The notes: generated by a model not told the origin, from the letters alone. 64,000 bases of DNA from Gemmatimonadales bacterium (GCA_036393515.1 DASWGV010000163.1:17301-81300), one strand, 5' to 3'; counted from the stretch's first letter, positions 35,148 through 45,579 are shown. A program made the numbers and translations.

Positions 35148-36353
35148 GTGGTGTCTTCGGTGGAAATGGTGGTTTATCGGGACGACTGCGACCCCGCCGG
35201 GCGACTTACGGAGTCGGCGCTGCTCCGCCTCCTGGACCGAGCTCGATGGGAACAACTGGGGTCGGCTATGGCCGCCGGGGGAGGAGCCGGCCCGATGCCC
35301 ACGGCGCGGAAAGCCACGTTGGAATTCCATGCTCACCCGACGCCGGGGGACCGGCTGCGCGTCGACACCACGCTCACCACCGTGGGTCGGACCAGTTACA
35401 CGTTGCGGCATACGGCCCGAGCACCCGACGGGAGAATCATCGCCGAGGCGGAGATCGCGTTCGATTGCCTCACGTCTGAAGGGGATCCGACTCCGGTGCC
35501 GCAGGCGATCGTCCAGGCGTTCGGCCGCAGGCCGTCGGTTCGCGCCAGCGAAACGCAGCACCTGGCCGTGCGCGGGCTCGCTGTGGCGCTCGATGTGCAA
35601 GGGGAGGGAAGTCCGGTGCTGTTCATCCATGGGTTTCCCTTGGATCGTACGGTGTGGCGCCAGGTCATGGCCACGCTCACCGGTTGGAAGCGGATCGCGC
35701 CGGACTTGCGCGGGATGGGTCTCTCGGACGCCCCGGGAAAGTACGCGATCACGGAGTACGGTGACGATCTCGCGGCGCTGCTCGACGCGCTGCATGTGTC
35801 GAAGACCGTGATCTGCGGCCTGTCAATGGGCGGGTACATCGCCTTCGACCTTTTCCGGCGCTATCGGGACCGGGTGCGTGCACTGGTGCTGGTCAACACG
35901 AGGGCTGAGCCGGATACCGAGGAGGCGCGAGGGCGCCGGAATGACATGATTGCCATGGTGAAGCGAGATGGAACGGGGGCTCTGGCCGAGGTGCTGATCC
36001 CACAGCTTCTCGCTCCCTGGTCTGTCTCGGCGCTGCCGCACGTCGTGGAACAACTCCGCGGCATGATCACGGGCAACCCGGCACCGGGCATCGTTGGAGC
36101 ACTGGAGGCCATGAGAGATCGGGTGGACAGTACGGACCTGCTCTCAACGATCGATGTGCCAACCTTGGTCATCGCGGGTCGGGAGGACCGGCTGATTCCA
36201 GCCGCCGCGTCACGTACCCTTGCCGACGCCATCCCATCGGCCCAGCTCACGCAGATTCCCGAAGCCGGCCACCTGACACCCCTCGAGCAACCCGTGCCCA
36301 CCAGTCGGGTGATCGCGGAATTCCTCGATGCGCTGGGACCCCCGAGTTCCTGA
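35148..36353 (+). CDS. hotdog-fold thioesterase fused to alpha/beta hydrolase
   Basis: The N-terminal ~125 aa are 4HBT/YbgC-like (VVYRDDCDPAGRL). The C-terminal domain has VLFIHGFPLD, a GLSMGG nucleophile and EAGHLTPLEQP. The start is GTG 35148 or ATG 35166. Confidence 0.7.
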   Translation: MVSSVEMVVYRDDCDPAGRLTESALLRLLDRARWEQLGSAMAAGGGAGPMPTARKATLEFHAHPTPGDRLRVDTTLTTVGRTSYTLRHTARAPDGRIIAEAEIAFDCLTSEGDPTPVPQAIVQAFGRRPSVRASETQHLAVRGLAVALDVQGEGSPVLFIHGFPLDRTVWRQVMATLTGWKRIAPDLRGMGLSDAPGKYAITEYGDDLAALLDALHVSKTVICGLSMGGYIAFDLFRRYRDRVRALVLVNTRAEPDTEEARGRRNDMIAMVKRDGTGALAEVLIPQLLAPWSVSALPHVVEQLRGMITGNPAPGIVGALEAMRDRVDSTDLLSTIDVPTLVIAGREDRLIPAAASRTLADAIPSAQLTQIPEAGHLTPLEQPVPTSRVIAEFLDALGPPSS

Positions 36354-36371
36354 CGAGGGGTCCTTCGCTCG

Positions 36372-36935
36372 CTAGAGCACGTGCGCGCCACGCGGCTCTT
36401 CCCGCGGCGTGGGGTCACTGTAGCGACCCTGCACAGCCCAGTGCTTCTCCCATTCCTCGCGGAGGCAGAACGGGTCGATTCCAGTAGCACGATCCACCGC
36501 CAGCACGCCGTCCAGATGATCGATTTCGTGCTGCAGTAGCTCCGCGAGCGCCCCCTCCGCCTCCATCGTACGATCGGTTCCTTGGGGGTCTTGGTACCGA
36601 ACAGTGACGTGATAGGCTCGCTGGACCCGCACCAGCAATTGAGGAAAAGAGAAACAGTCGTCCCACACCAGGAAATCGTCATCGCCGACGTCGGTGATTT
36701 CTGGGTTCACCAGAGTCCATCGGCGATCGGGCAGCTCGATGTGCACCATCCGGATTGGAGCCCCCACCTGAGGTGCCGCGAGGCCGCGACCGGATCCGTG
36801 CTTCTCCCGCCAGTCCCGCAGCGTGTCACGGAGATCGTCCGCCACGATGCGCGCCGCCGGCGACCGGGGATTAACCGGGGCACAACGAGCCCTCAAGATA
36901 GGGTCGCCAAGCTGTCGAACGCGCCGAACTGCCAT
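36372..36935 (-). CDS. def: peptide deformylase
   Basis: GLAAPQVG, DDCFSFP and HEIDHLDG motifs. Confidence 0.9.
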   Translation of the reverse strand: MAVRRVRQLGDPILRARCAPVNPRSPAARIVADDLRDTLRDWREKHGSGRGLAAPQVGAPIRMVHIELPDRRWTLVNPEITDVGDDDFLVWDDCFSFPQLLVRVQRAYHVTVRYQDPQGTDRTMEAEGALAELLQHEIDHLDGVLAVDRATGIDPFCLREEWEKHWAVQGRYSDPTPREEPRGAHVL

Positions 36936-36994
36936 AGCTCAATACTACTCCGCGCCACTGGGGGCGAAAGGTTGAAACTACGGGAACGGCGGTT

Positions 36995-37012
36995 ATCAAC
37001 CGAGCGGTTGAT
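36995..37012. promoter_or_regulatory. putative SufR operator 1 (perfect 18-bp palindrome)
   Basis: ATCAACCGAGCGGTTGAT contains CAAC-N6-GTTG. It lies in the def/sufR divergent spacer. Confidence 0.5.
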
Positions 37013-37096
37013 GCACCGGATCGTTGCGATCCTACTGGACGATGGCGACCAGGATGTTGCGCAAACCGTGATGCGGCTCGCACCTACCCACTAAAA

Positions 37097-37110
37097 CAAC
37101 AAAACAGTTG
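37097..37110. promoter_or_regulatory. putative SufR operator 2
   Basis: CAAC-AAAACA-GTTG lies 36 nt upstream of the sufR ATG and just upstream of a TAGATT -10-like hexamer (37131-37136). Confidence 0.5.
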
Positions 37111-37145
37111 CCGAAGTTCGCCTTTGTCGGCTAGATTATCACCCC

Positions 37146-37817
37146 ATGGAACCTAACTCTCCGTCGCTCGCGGCTCACAGGGGACTACGCGGACAGGTAC
37201 TGATTGAACTGAAGCGCAGTCAGCCGCTCACCGCCAGGGAGCTGGCTCACCGCCACGGTGTGACGGCAGCGGCCGTCCGGCGCCATCTCAAGGAGCTTGA
37301 GGTCGAGCAGCTCATCGCGTTTGAACGTGAGCAACGCGGACAGGGGGCCCCGACGTTCGCCTATCGACTGAGCCCAGCCGGCGAGGCGCTGTTTCCCAAA
37401 CGCTACGAAGAGACGCTACAGGAGGCCCTCACCTTCGTCGAGCGAAGCGGTGGTCGGGAGGCCGTCCGCCGCTTCTTCGCCGAGCACTTCGCGGGCGAAG
37501 CTGAGCGGCTCAAGCCATCGCTGCGCCACGCCACTCCGGAGGAGCGATTGGACGCTGTCGCCGACCTGCTGACTAGTCAGGGATTCATGGCGGAGTGGTC
37601 GCCCGAGCCCGGCGGTCTCCGCATGGCAGAGCACAACTGCGCCATGCACGCCGTGGCGGAACGTTTCCCCGAGATCTGCAACGAGGAGCTGCGGTTCCTC
37701 GAAGAGGTGCTTGGCGCCCAGGTTTCCAGGGAGCGGCACATTGTGAGCGGATGCAACGCATGCGAGTACGCGGTGAGCTTCACTCGGCCGGCTCCACCGC
37801 CGGAGAACGCCACATGA
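37146..37817 (+). CDS. sufR: Fe-S cluster biosynthesis transcriptional regulator SufR
   Basis: N-terminal winged-helix region ([43 protein letters not shown]) and a C-terminal Cys cluster (HNCAMH...EICNEE...GCNACEY). Directly precedes sufB with an ATGA overlap. Confidence 0.8.
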   Translation: MEPNSPSLAAHRGLRGQVLIELKRSQPLTARELAHRHGVTAAAVRRHLKELEVEQLIAFEREQRGQGAPTFAYRLSPAGEALFPKRYEETLQEALTFVERSGGREAVRRFFAEHFAGEAERLKPSLRHATPEERLDAVADLLTSQGFMAEWSPEPGGLRMAEHNCAMHAVAERFPEICNEELRFLEEVLGAQVSRERHIVSGCNACEYAVSFTRPAPPPENAT

Positions 37818-39253
37818 CGTCAACCTCAATCGAAGCCCAGGTTCTTCAACCCTACAAGTACGGGTTCGTCACGGACATCGAGTCCGATCTTGCCCCAGCC
37901 GGCTTGAACGAAGGCACCATCCGGCTGATTTCGGAAAAGAAGGGCGAGCCGCAATGGATGCTAGAATGGCGCCTCAAGGCATTCCGGCAATGGGCCAAGA
38001 TGACCGAACCGCGCTGGGCCAACGTGAAGTATGAACCCATCGACTATCAGGCCATTCATTACTATGCGGCCCCCAAGCCCAAGAAGGCGCTGAGCGGCCT
38101 GGACGAGGTGGATCCCAAGGTCCTGGAAACCTTTGAGAAGCTGGGAATTCCGGTCTCGGAGCAGAAGCGACTAGCCGGCGTGGCAGTGGACGCGGTGTTC
38201 GACTCGGTATCAGTCGCGACGACGTTCAAGGAGACCCTCTCTGAGGCCGGCGTCATCTTCCTGCCTGTTTCCGAGGCCATCCGGGAGCACCCCGACTTGG
38301 TGCGCCGGTGGCTGGGTTCCGTTGTGCCGCACAACGACAATTTCTTCGCCGCCCTCAACTCGGCGGTGTTCACGGACGGGTCGTTCGCCTATATCCCCAA
38401 GGGTGTTCGGTGCCCCCTGGAACTCTCGACCTATTTCCGTATCAACGCGCAGTCCACCGGGCAGTTCGAGCGCACGTTGATTATCGCGGAGGAGGGCGCT
38501 TCGGTGAACTACCTCGAGGGCTGCTCCGCGCCCATGCGGGACGAGAACCAGCTGCACGCGGCGGTGGTGGAGCTCGTCGCGCTGGACAACGCGACCATTA
38601 GGTACTCGACCATCCAGAACTGGTACCCCGGGGACGAACACGGTCGTGGCGGCATCTACAATTTCGTGACCAAGCGGGGGAAGTGCCTGGGCCGAAACTC
38701 CAAGATTTCCTGGACGCAGGTGGAGACCGGCTCCGCCATCACGTGGAAGTATCCCGGCTGCATCCTTCAAGGGGATAATTCCGTCGGGGAGTTCTACTCC
38801 GTGGCGGTGACCAGCCGCCGGCAACAGGCGGACACCGGCACCAAGATGATTCACATCGGCAAGAACACCAAGAGCACCATTGTGTCGAAGGGGATTTCCG
38901 CCGCCCGGGGCCAGAACACCTACCGCGGGCTGGTGAAGATCATGAAGGGCGCCGACGGTGCGCGAAATTACTCTCAGTGTGATTCTATGCTGATCGGCGA
39001 CCAGTGCGGAGCCCACACGTTCCCCTACATCGACGTGCGCAACAGCACGGCGATCATGGAGCACGAGGCGTCGACCTCCAAGATCGGCGAGGACCAGATC
39101 TTCTATCTCCGGCAGCGTGGGCTGAAGGCCGAGGACGCCGTCTCTATGATCGTGGCGGGATTCTGTAAGGAAGTTTTCCGGGAGCTGCCCATGGAGTTCG
39201 CCGTGGAGGCGCAAAATCTGCTCTCGATCAGCCTGGAAGGCAGCGTTGGCTGA
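37814..39253 (+). CDS. sufB: Fe-S cluster assembly protein SufB
   Basis: 479 aa from ATG 37814 ([23 protein letters not shown]...) with a typical SufB C-terminus (...[20 protein letters not shown]). Confidence 0.95.
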   Translation: MTSTSIEAQVLQPYKYGFVTDIESDLAPAGLNEGTIRLISEKKGEPQWMLEWRLKAFRQWAKMTEPRWANVKYEPIDYQAIHYYAAPKPKKALSGLDEVDPKVLETFEKLGIPVSEQKRLAGVAVDAVFDSVSVATTFKETLSEAGVIFLPVSEAIREHPDLVRRWLGSVVPHNDNFFAALNSAVFTDGSFAYIPKGVRCPLELSTYFRINAQSTGQFERTLIIAEEGASVNYLEGCSAPMRDENQLHAAVVELVALDNATIRYSTIQNWYPGDEHGRGGIYNFVTKRGKCLGRNSKISWTQVETGSAITWKYPGCILQGDNSVGEFYSVAVTSRRQQADTGTKMIHIGKNTKSTIVSKGISAARGQNTYRGLVKIMKGADGARNYSQCDSMLIGDQCGAHTFPYIDVRNSTAIMEHEASTSKIGEDQIFYLRQRGLKAEDAVSMIVAGFCKEVFRELPMEFAVEAQNLLSISLEGSVG

Positions 39254-39275
39254 ACCCGGCAACCGGTCACGAACT

Positions 39276-39303
39276 CCTGACAACCGATACCTGACAACCG
39301 ATT
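39276..39303 (+). repeat. tandem 14-nt direct repeat in the sufB-sufC spacer
   Basis: CCTGACAACCGATA (39276-39289) followed immediately by CCTGACAACCGATT (39290-39303), 13/14 identical. A third CAACCG lies at 39260-39265. Confidence 0.85.
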
Positions 39304-39311
39304 GAAGCCTC

Positions 39312-40067
39312 ATGCTCGAAGTCAGAAACCTCCATGCCTCCGTCGACTCCCGCGAGATTCTGAAGGGCGTGGATCTGAAGGTGAACGCGGGCGAGATCCA
39401 TGCCATCATGGGTCCCAACGGTTCGGGAAAGAGCACGCTGGCGCAGGTATTGGCCGGGCACCCCGCGTATACTGTGACCGAGGGATCGATCCTCTACCAG
39501 GGTCGGGACCTGCTGGACATGGAACCGGAGGAACGTGCGCAGGCTGGCGTGTTCCTGGCGTTTCAGTATCCGGTGGCAATTCGAGGGATCACCAACGGGT
39601 ACTTCCTTCGCGCGGCGGTGAACGCGGTGCGCGCGAGTCAAGGGTTGTCTGGGCTGGACCCGCTGGACTTCTTGGACGTCCTTCAGGAGAAGCTCAAAGC
39701 GATCGGGTGGGACGACAGTTTCCTGAGCCGTCCCGTGAACGACGGGTTTTCGGGTGGAGAGAAGAAACGGAACGAGATCCTGCAGATGGCAGTGCTGCAG
39801 CCCACGCTGGCTATCCTGGACGAAACGGACTCTGGGCTCGACATCGATGCCCTGAGAACCGTGGCGGAGGCTGTGAGTAAACTCCGCACACCGGGGAACG
39901 CAACGGTCCTGGTAACCCACTATCAGCGGCTGCTCAACTACATCGTGCCCGACTTGGTGCATGTTCTGGTGGACGGCCGGATCGCGCGTTCCGGCGGCAA
40001 GGATCTGGCCTTGGAGCTTGAGGCGCGGGGGTACGACTGGATCCGGCCGGAGGTGGCCGCCGCGTGA
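39312..40067 (+). CDS. sufC: Fe-S cluster assembly ATPase SufC
   Basis: Walker [10 protein letters not shown], signature [13 protein letters not shown] and Walker [13 protein letters not shown]. Confidence 0.95.
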   Translation: MLEVRNLHASVDSREILKGVDLKVNAGEIHAIMGPNGSGKSTLAQVLAGHPAYTVTEGSILYQGRDLLDMEPEERAQAGVFLAFQYPVAIRGITNGYFLRAAVNAVRASQGLSGLDPLDFLDVLQEKLKAIGWDDSFLSRPVNDGFSGGEKKRNEILQMAVLQPTLAILDETDSGLDIDALRTVAEAVSKLRTPGNATVLVTHYQRLLNYIVPDLVHVLVDGRIARSGGKDLALELEARGYDWIRPEVAAA

Positions 40068-41440
40068 CGCCGGAGCCCGCTGGAGGCGCGGCAACGGACC
40101 CGAAGGCCGCCCTTCTGGATGACTACCGCAAGACCGTGGCGCCCGCCGCGGCCCAGGGACCGACCTGGCTCGCTCGGCGCCGCGAGGAAGCGATCGCGCG
40201 GTTCGCCGATGTCGGGTTCCCGACCACGCGGCAGGAAGAGTGGCGCTTCACCAGCGTGTCTACGCTGGCCAGCCTGCGCTTCTCGGTGCGGTACCAGAAC
40301 CGCGCCCCCAACATCGGGCGGGACCACCTCGGACTGATGTTGCCGCCGGGGCCGGGTGCCGCTCACGCGGTGTTCGTGAACGGACGGTTCGCGCCAGCGT
40401 TGTCGTCGGTGGGCGGACTTCCATCGGGTGTGACGTTCGGAAGCCTCGCCCTGGCGATCAGGTCCAATGGTACGCCGGGCGGCGCCATCGAGGAGCACCT
40501 GGGCAAGCACGCACTGGTCCAGCGCAACCCGTTTACCGCGCTCGCCACCGCCTTCCTCGACGACGGCGCGTTCCTCTATGTACCGGCTGGCGTTGAGGTT
40601 GAGGCGCCGGTTCAACTGCTCTTCCTCACGGCTCCCGGCGATGGTCCATCCGCCAGTCACCCCAGGATTCTGGTGATCGCGGAACGAAATGCCCGAGTGT
40701 CGCTGGTGGAGGCGTATGCCGGTGTTGAGGATCGCGCGTATCTGACGAATGCGGTGACCGAGTTGGTGGCCGCGGAAGGCGCCCGGATCTCGGCGTGCCG
40801 CATTCAGCGCGACAGCGAGCTTGCCTACCACATGGCCACCACGCAGATGTACCAGGGGAAGGATGGCAGGGTCGAGACCTGCGCGGTCGCCGTGGGCAGC
40901 GCGTTATCGCGACACGACGTAGGCGCGGTGCTCGGGGGGGCGGGCGGGTATCTGATCCTGAACGGCCTGTCTGTGCTGCACGGGCACCAGCACGTGGATC
41001 ACCACACGACCATTGATCACGCCGCGCCGCATTGCGAGAGCCACGAGTTGTTCAACGGGATCCTGGCCGATCACTCACGGGGCGTCTTTAGCGGCCGGAT
41101 CATCGTGCGTCCTGGTGCGCAGCGGACCGACTCGAAGCAGACCAACAACAATCTGCTGCTCTCCGAGGAGGCGCGGGCGGATAGTCAGCCGCAGCTCGAG
41201 ATTCATGCGGATGACGTGAAGTGCACCCACGGCGCCACCCTAGGGCCATTGGATGACGCCGCCCTGTTCTACCTTCAGACCCGAGGCATCCCGCAGCACG
41301 ACGCTCGGGATCTCATGACCTACGGTTTCAGCGCGCAGGTCATCGGCACGGTTCCGGTGCCCGAGGTGCGACGCCAGATCGATCGGCTGGTCCGGGCGAC
41401 CCTCGATCGTGGTTCCCGGCGCCCCCGCACGGTCCCGTGA
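40064..41440 (+). CDS. sufD: Fe-S cluster assembly protein SufD
   Basis: 458 aa with a SufB/D beta-helix C-terminus ([34 protein letters not shown]). Has a 4-nt overlap with sufC. Confidence 0.9.
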   Translation: MTPEPAGGAATDPKAALLDDYRKTVAPAAAQGPTWLARRREEAIARFADVGFPTTRQEEWRFTSVSTLASLRFSVRYQNRAPNIGRDHLGLMLPPGPGAAHAVFVNGRFAPALSSVGGLPSGVTFGSLALAIRSNGTPGGAIEEHLGKHALVQRNPFTALATAFLDDGAFLYVPAGVEVEAPVQLLFLTAPGDGPSASHPRILVIAERNARVSLVEAYAGVEDRAYLTNAVTELVAAEGARISACRIQRDSELAYHMATTQMYQGKDGRVETCAVAVGSALSRHDVGAVLGGAGGYLILNGLSVLHGHQHVDHHTTIDHAAPHCESHELFNGILADHSRGVFSGRIIVRPGAQRTDSKQTNNNLLLSEEARADSQPQLEIHADDVKCTHGATLGPLDDAALFYLQTRGIPQHDARDLMTYGFSAQVIGTVPVPEVRRQIDRLVRATLDRGSRRPRTVP

Positions 41441-42711
41441 CCACCACGTCTCGGAGCGAAGCACGCCGCGCCAATCGACCGGGCCCTAGACGCGCGCCCG
41501 ACGTCGAGGCGCTCCGGGCAGACTTCCCCATCCTCCAGCGCACGGTCCAGGGTCATCCACTGGTGTATCTGGATAACGCGGCGACCACCCAAAAGCCGCG
41601 TGTGGTGATTGACGCGCTGCGACGATACTACGAGGAGATCAACGCCAACGTGCACCGAGCGGTGCACACCCTGAGTGAGCAGGCGACTGCCGCGTACGAA
41701 GGCGCGCGCGCCAAAATCCAGCGCTTTGTGAACGCCGCCGAGCCGCATGAAATCGTGTTCGTCCGCGGGACTACCGAGGCCATCAACCTCGTGGCCCAGA
41801 GTTTTGCCCGCCCACGCCTTCGCGCGGGTGACGAGATCCTGATTTCCGCCATGGAGCACCACTCGAACATCGTGCCGTGGCAGATGGTCACCGCCGAGCG
41901 CGGCGCCACGCTCCGGGTGATCCCCATGGATCGATCGGGAACGTTGCTCCTGGACCAGTACCGGGATCTCTTGACGGAGCGCACCCGTCTGGTGGCTCTG
42001 GTGCACGTGTCCAACTCCCTGGGCGCGCGGAACCCGGTGGCCCAGATGATCCGTGAGGCCAAGGCCCGGGGCATCCCCGTGTTGCTGGACGGCGCGCAGG
42101 TGCTGGGGCATCACCGCGTGGACGTGCGGGAGCTGGGCTGCGATTTCTATGCGTTTTCGGCCCATAAGATGTTCGGGCCCACGGGAATCGGGGGGCTCTA
42201 CGGCCGCGCCGAGCTTCTTGAGGAGATGCCGCCCTTTCAGGGCGGCGGCGACATGATTCGCAGGGTCACGTTCCAGGAGACCACGTACGCCGCACTGCCC
42301 CACAAGTTTGAGGCGGGGACGCCCAGTATCGCGGACGCGGTGGGGTTCGGAGCCGCCGTTGACTACCTGGCGGGCCTCGATCGGGACGCGCTGGAGGCGC
42401 ATGAGGCAGACGTGGTGGCCTATGCGGTCGAGCAGCTCGAGGCCCTGCTGGGCGTGCAGCTCATTGGGCGGCCGGCCGATCGGACGGGCGTGGTGTCATT
42501 CATCATGGACTGCGCCCACGCCCACGATGTCGGCACCATCGTGGATCAGGAGGGCGTGGCCATCCGTACCGGCCACCATTGCACCCAGCCCGTCATGGAC
42601 TTTTTCGGGGTGCCGGCGACCTGCCGAGCGTCCTTTGCCTTCTACAACACCCGCGCGGAAGTTGACGCACTGGTCAGAGCCCTTGCGCGGGTGCGGAAGG
42701 TCTTCGCGTGA
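41437..42711 (+). CDS. sufS: cysteine desulfurase SufS
   Basis: PLP lysine in SAHKMFGPTGIGGLYG and catalytic Cys in RTGHHCTQP. Has a 4-nt overlap with sufD. Confidence 0.95.
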   Translation: MTTTSRSEARRANRPGPRRAPDVEALRADFPILQRTVQGHPLVYLDNAATTQKPRVVIDALRRYYEEINANVHRAVHTLSEQATAAYEGARAKIQRFVNAAEPHEIVFVRGTTEAINLVAQSFARPRLRAGDEILISAMEHHSNIVPWQMVTAERGATLRVIPMDRSGTLLLDQYRDLLTERTRLVALVHVSNSLGARNPVAQMIREAKARGIPVLLDGAQVLGHHRVDVRELGCDFYAFSAHKMFGPTGIGGLYGRAELLEEMPPFQGGGDMIRRVTFQETTYAALPHKFEAGTPSIADAVGFGAAVDYLAGLDRDALEAHEADVVAYAVEQLEALLGVQLIGRPADRTGVVSFIMDCAHAHDVGTIVDQEGVAIRTGHHCTQPVMDFFGVPATCRASFAFYNTRAEVDALVRALARVRKVFA

Positions 42712-43160
42712 CCGACCTGCCTGACCTGTATCAGGAGCTCATCGTCGATCACAACCGGAACCCGCGGAACTTCCGCGTTCCGGCCGACGCGAACCGAACC
42801 GCCGAGGGTGACAACCCGCTCTGCGGGGACCGCATCAAGCTGTTTCTTCGGGTGCAGGACGGGCGAATTGCCGACGCGGCGTTCCAGGGTTCAGGGTGCG
42901 CCATTTCGAAGGCCTCGGCGTCCATGATGACGCAAGCCGTCCAGGGGAAGACCGAGGACGAAGCCGAGCGCTTGTTCAAGGCGTTTCACGCCATGGTGAC
43001 CGCGCCGGTGACGAACCCGGCGGAGGCGGCGGCGCTCGGCAAGCTCGCGGCGTTCGGCGGCGTGCGGGCCTTCCCTGCGCGCGTGAAGTGCGCCAACCTG
43101 CCGTGGCACACCCTGCGTGCCGCGCTCCAGGCGCCGGGAGATCGCGTTTCCACCGAGTAG
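42708..43160 (+). CDS. sufU: SUF-type Fe-S scaffold/sulfur acceptor SufU (NifU/IscU-like)
   Basis: NPLCGDRIKLFL, GSGCAISKASASMM and RVKCANLPW. Confidence 0.9.
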   Translation: MTDLPDLYQELIVDHNRNPRNFRVPADANRTAEGDNPLCGDRIKLFLRVQDGRIADAAFQGSGCAISKASASMMTQAVQGKTEDEAERLFKAFHAMVTAPVTNPAEAAALGKLAAFGGVRAFPARVKCANLPWHTLRAALQAPGDRVSTE

Positions 43161-43242
43161 GTAGCGCCGGTAGCGAGTGCGTCGGGCCCACCGTATCGTA
43201 GACGGCACGGACCGGCCGCTCACCTCAAGACCCAGACGGGCT

Positions 43243-44205
43243 ATGACCCCCGACAACGTGGTTGTCCTGGAGGGCGTCACCAAGCGATTCGCGACGCACA
43301 CGGCGGTGAGCGATCTGTCGCTCGTCGTGCCGCGGGGGAGCATCTACGGCCTGCTCGGTCCCAATGGAGCGGGCAAGACGACGACCATCCGGATGATCCT
43401 GAGCATCATCGTGCCAGATGAAGGCGCGATCACCTTGTTCGGCGCAACGGATTCTGGCCGGGACGTGAGCGGGCGAATCGGGTACCTGCCGGAAGAGCGC
43501 GGGTTGTACCGCAAAATGCGGGTGGGTGACCTGTTGGTGTTCTTGGCAGAGACAAAGGGGATTACCCGGGGCGTCGCTCGCGCCGAAGCACGACGATGGC
43601 TCGAGCAGCTTGGCCTTGGAGCGTGGGAGCACCAGAAGCTGGACGCCCTCTCGAAAGGCATGCAGCAGAAGGTCCAGTTCATTTCCACCGTGCTGCACCG
43701 GCCCGATCTGGTGATCCTGGATGAAGCATTCGCCGGTCTCGATCCAGTCAACGCGCAGGTCATGAAGGACACCGTAGTTTCGCTCGCGCGGAGCGGTACC
43801 ACGGTGGTGTTCTCCACCCACGTAATGGAACACGCCGAAAAGCTGTGCGACGCCATCTGCATCATCGCGCGCGGCCGGAAGATCGTTGATGGCCGGCTGG
43901 CGGACGTGCGGCGCGGCCACGGAGGCCGCCACGTCATCGTCGCCGTGGAGCAGGGCGTGGGATCGGCGGAGCGGGTCCTGACGGATCGCGCGCTCGTCGC
44001 CAAGGCCGACACGTACGGGCAGTACGCGGAGCTGGAGGTCGCTCCGGGAGCCGACCCGCACCGGATCCTCGAAGCGCTCCTGGCGGCCGGGTCCCGAGTG
44101 ACGCGCTTTGAGATCGCGGAGCCGACCCTGCACAAGATCTTCATTGACAAGGTCGGGGCGGACACGGCATCAGCGCTGGCCAACCCCGGGGGTGACCATG
44201 CGTAA
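43243..44205 (+). CDS. ABC transporter ATP-binding protein (ABC-2/NatA-like)
   Basis: Walker A GPNGAGKTTT, signature LSKGMQQKV and Walker B LVILDEAFAGLD. The start is ATG 43243 (MTPDNVVVLEGVTKRF). Confidence 0.9.
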   Translation: MTPDNVVVLEGVTKRFATHTAVSDLSLVVPRGSIYGLLGPNGAGKTTTIRMILSIIVPDEGAITLFGATDSGRDVSGRIGYLPEERGLYRKMRVGDLLVFLAETKGITRGVARAEARRWLEQLGLGAWEHQKLDALSKGMQQKVQFISTVLHRPDLVILDEAFAGLDPVNAQVMKDTVVSLARSGTTVVFSTHVMEHAEKLCDAICIIARGRKIVDGRLADVRRGHGGRHVIVAVEQGVGSAERVLTDRALVAKADTYGQYAELEVAPGADPHRILEALLAAGSRVTRFEIAEPTLHKIFIDKVGADTASALANPGGDHA

Positions 44206-45472
44206 GATGTGGGTGGTCATCCGGCGGGAATTCGTCGAGCGCGTCCGGACCAAGTGGTTCATCATCTCCACGGTGTTGGGTCCGTTGCTCATGGTCGCGT
44301 TTGTGGCGGTTCCGCTGATCATGGCGCGCAAGGGCGCGCAGGAGCGGGTGATTGGCGTGATAGACGCGACGTCTACGGAATTCGGGCGCCGCCTTGCGGC
44401 ATCCTTGGACCGTGCGCCCCCGATCAAGGCAAGTTGGCTCCCGACGCCCGTCGCGGAGATCGAGCAGGCGGCGGACTCACTGGCGGTCCTCATTGGGGCC
44501 AAGGTGGTGGATGGTTTCATGATAGTCTCGGATGAGGCGGTGGATGACGGCAAGCTCGAGTACCGTGGCTCCAACGTCTCCTCGCCCCGCGACATGCAGA
44601 TCCTCTCCACGCTGGTTGAGGAAGCCGTGTTTACCGAGCGGTTGGGGCGGGCGGGTGTGGACGCAGCGCTGGTACGCCAGGCGAAGATCCCGCTCCAACT
44701 GCGCACGCTGAAGGTCGCTGGCGCCCGCACCACCGCTTCCTCCGGCGAAGGGTCGTTCATTCTTGCGTACGTCATCTGGTTGCTGTTGTACATGGGCATC
44801 CTGCTGTATGGCGTCAACGTGATGGGCTCCGTGGTTGAGGAGAAAACGTCGCGGATTGTGGAAGTCCTTATTTCCAGTCTGAAGCCCTTCCAGCTCCTGG
44901 CTGGAAAGATCATCGGTGTGGGCGGGGTCGGACTCTTCCAGTTCGCCATTTGGGGTCTGTGTGGGGCGGTGTTGATTGACCGGAGAGAGCTGGTGTTCCG
45001 CTTGCTGGGTGAGTCGGTGCCTGGGGGATCCACGGCGGCGTTCCCCGAGGTTCCCCTGGCGACGGTCGCCGTGTTCCTGCTGTATTTTCTGCTCGGCTAT
45101 TTCCTGTATGCCGCTATGTTTGCCGCCGTCGGCGCCATGACGAGCAGCGAGGCGGAGGCGCGGCAGGCCGCCAATTTCGTGGTCATGCTGCTGGTGCTGC
45201 CGTCTGTGTTGATGATCGGGATCCTCAATGATCCCGATGGGACCATGGCGATTGCGCTCTCTATTGTGCCGTTCACCTCCCCCATCGCGATGCCGGTCCG
45301 ATGGGCCGCCGCCGAAGTGCCCGCGACGGAGATCATGTCGTCGCTTGGGGCGTTGGCTGCGGCTCTGCTTGCGGTCACGTGGGTGGCCAGCCGGATCTAC
45401 CGCGTAGGTATCCTGGCGTACGGGAAACGGCCCGGGCTGCGAGATCTGGTGCGCTGGGTGCGCACCGCCTGA
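44198..45472 (+). CDS. ABC-2 type transporter permease (NatB-like)
   Basis: MRKMWVVIRREFVERVRTKWF, then a large extracytoplasmic loop and a C-terminal cluster of 5 TM helices. Has an 8-nt overlap with the ATPase gene. Confidence 0.8.
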   Translation: MRKMWVVIRREFVERVRTKWFIISTVLGPLLMVAFVAVPLIMARKGAQERVIGVIDATSTEFGRRLAASLDRAPPIKASWLPTPVAEIEQAADSLAVLIGAKVVDGFMIVSDEAVDDGKLEYRGSNVSSPRDMQILSTLVEEAVFTERLGRAGVDAALVRQAKIPLQLRTLKVAGARTTASSGEGSFILAYVIWLLLYMGILLYGVNVMGSVVEEKTSRIVEVLISSLKPFQLLAGKIIGVGGVGLFQFAIWGLCGAVLIDRRELVFRLLGESVPGGSTAAFPEVPLATVAVFLLYFLLGYFLYAAMFAAVGAMTSSEAEARQAANFVVMLLVLPSVLMIGILNDPDGTMAIALSIVPFTSPIAMPVRWAAAEVPATEIMSSLGALAAALLAVTWVASRIYRVGILAYGKRPGLRDLVRWVRTA

Positions 45473-45579
45473 TCCGTCCGGCGGCCGTTGTTCCAAATAG
45501 GATGCAGTGTCACCTCTCCGCCGTCAGTCAGCAATCGCGCCACCGTTGCCCCACGGTAAATGACCGGCTTGCACGGAGT

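Noticed and set aside
45301-45579. A 93-codon N-terminal extension of the mnmG ORF. Similar extensions precede sufB (37595-37813), the ABC ATPase (43177-43242), the permease (44108-44197), the LOG gene (53915-53971), the DHS-like gene (54660-54758) and the thiolase (59604-59654).
   Set aside because: The extensions overlap upstream genes or spacers and have unusual composition. In each case a downstream start codon coincides with the conserved family N-terminus, and some (the DHS-like gene and the NatB-like permease) also have a visible RBS.
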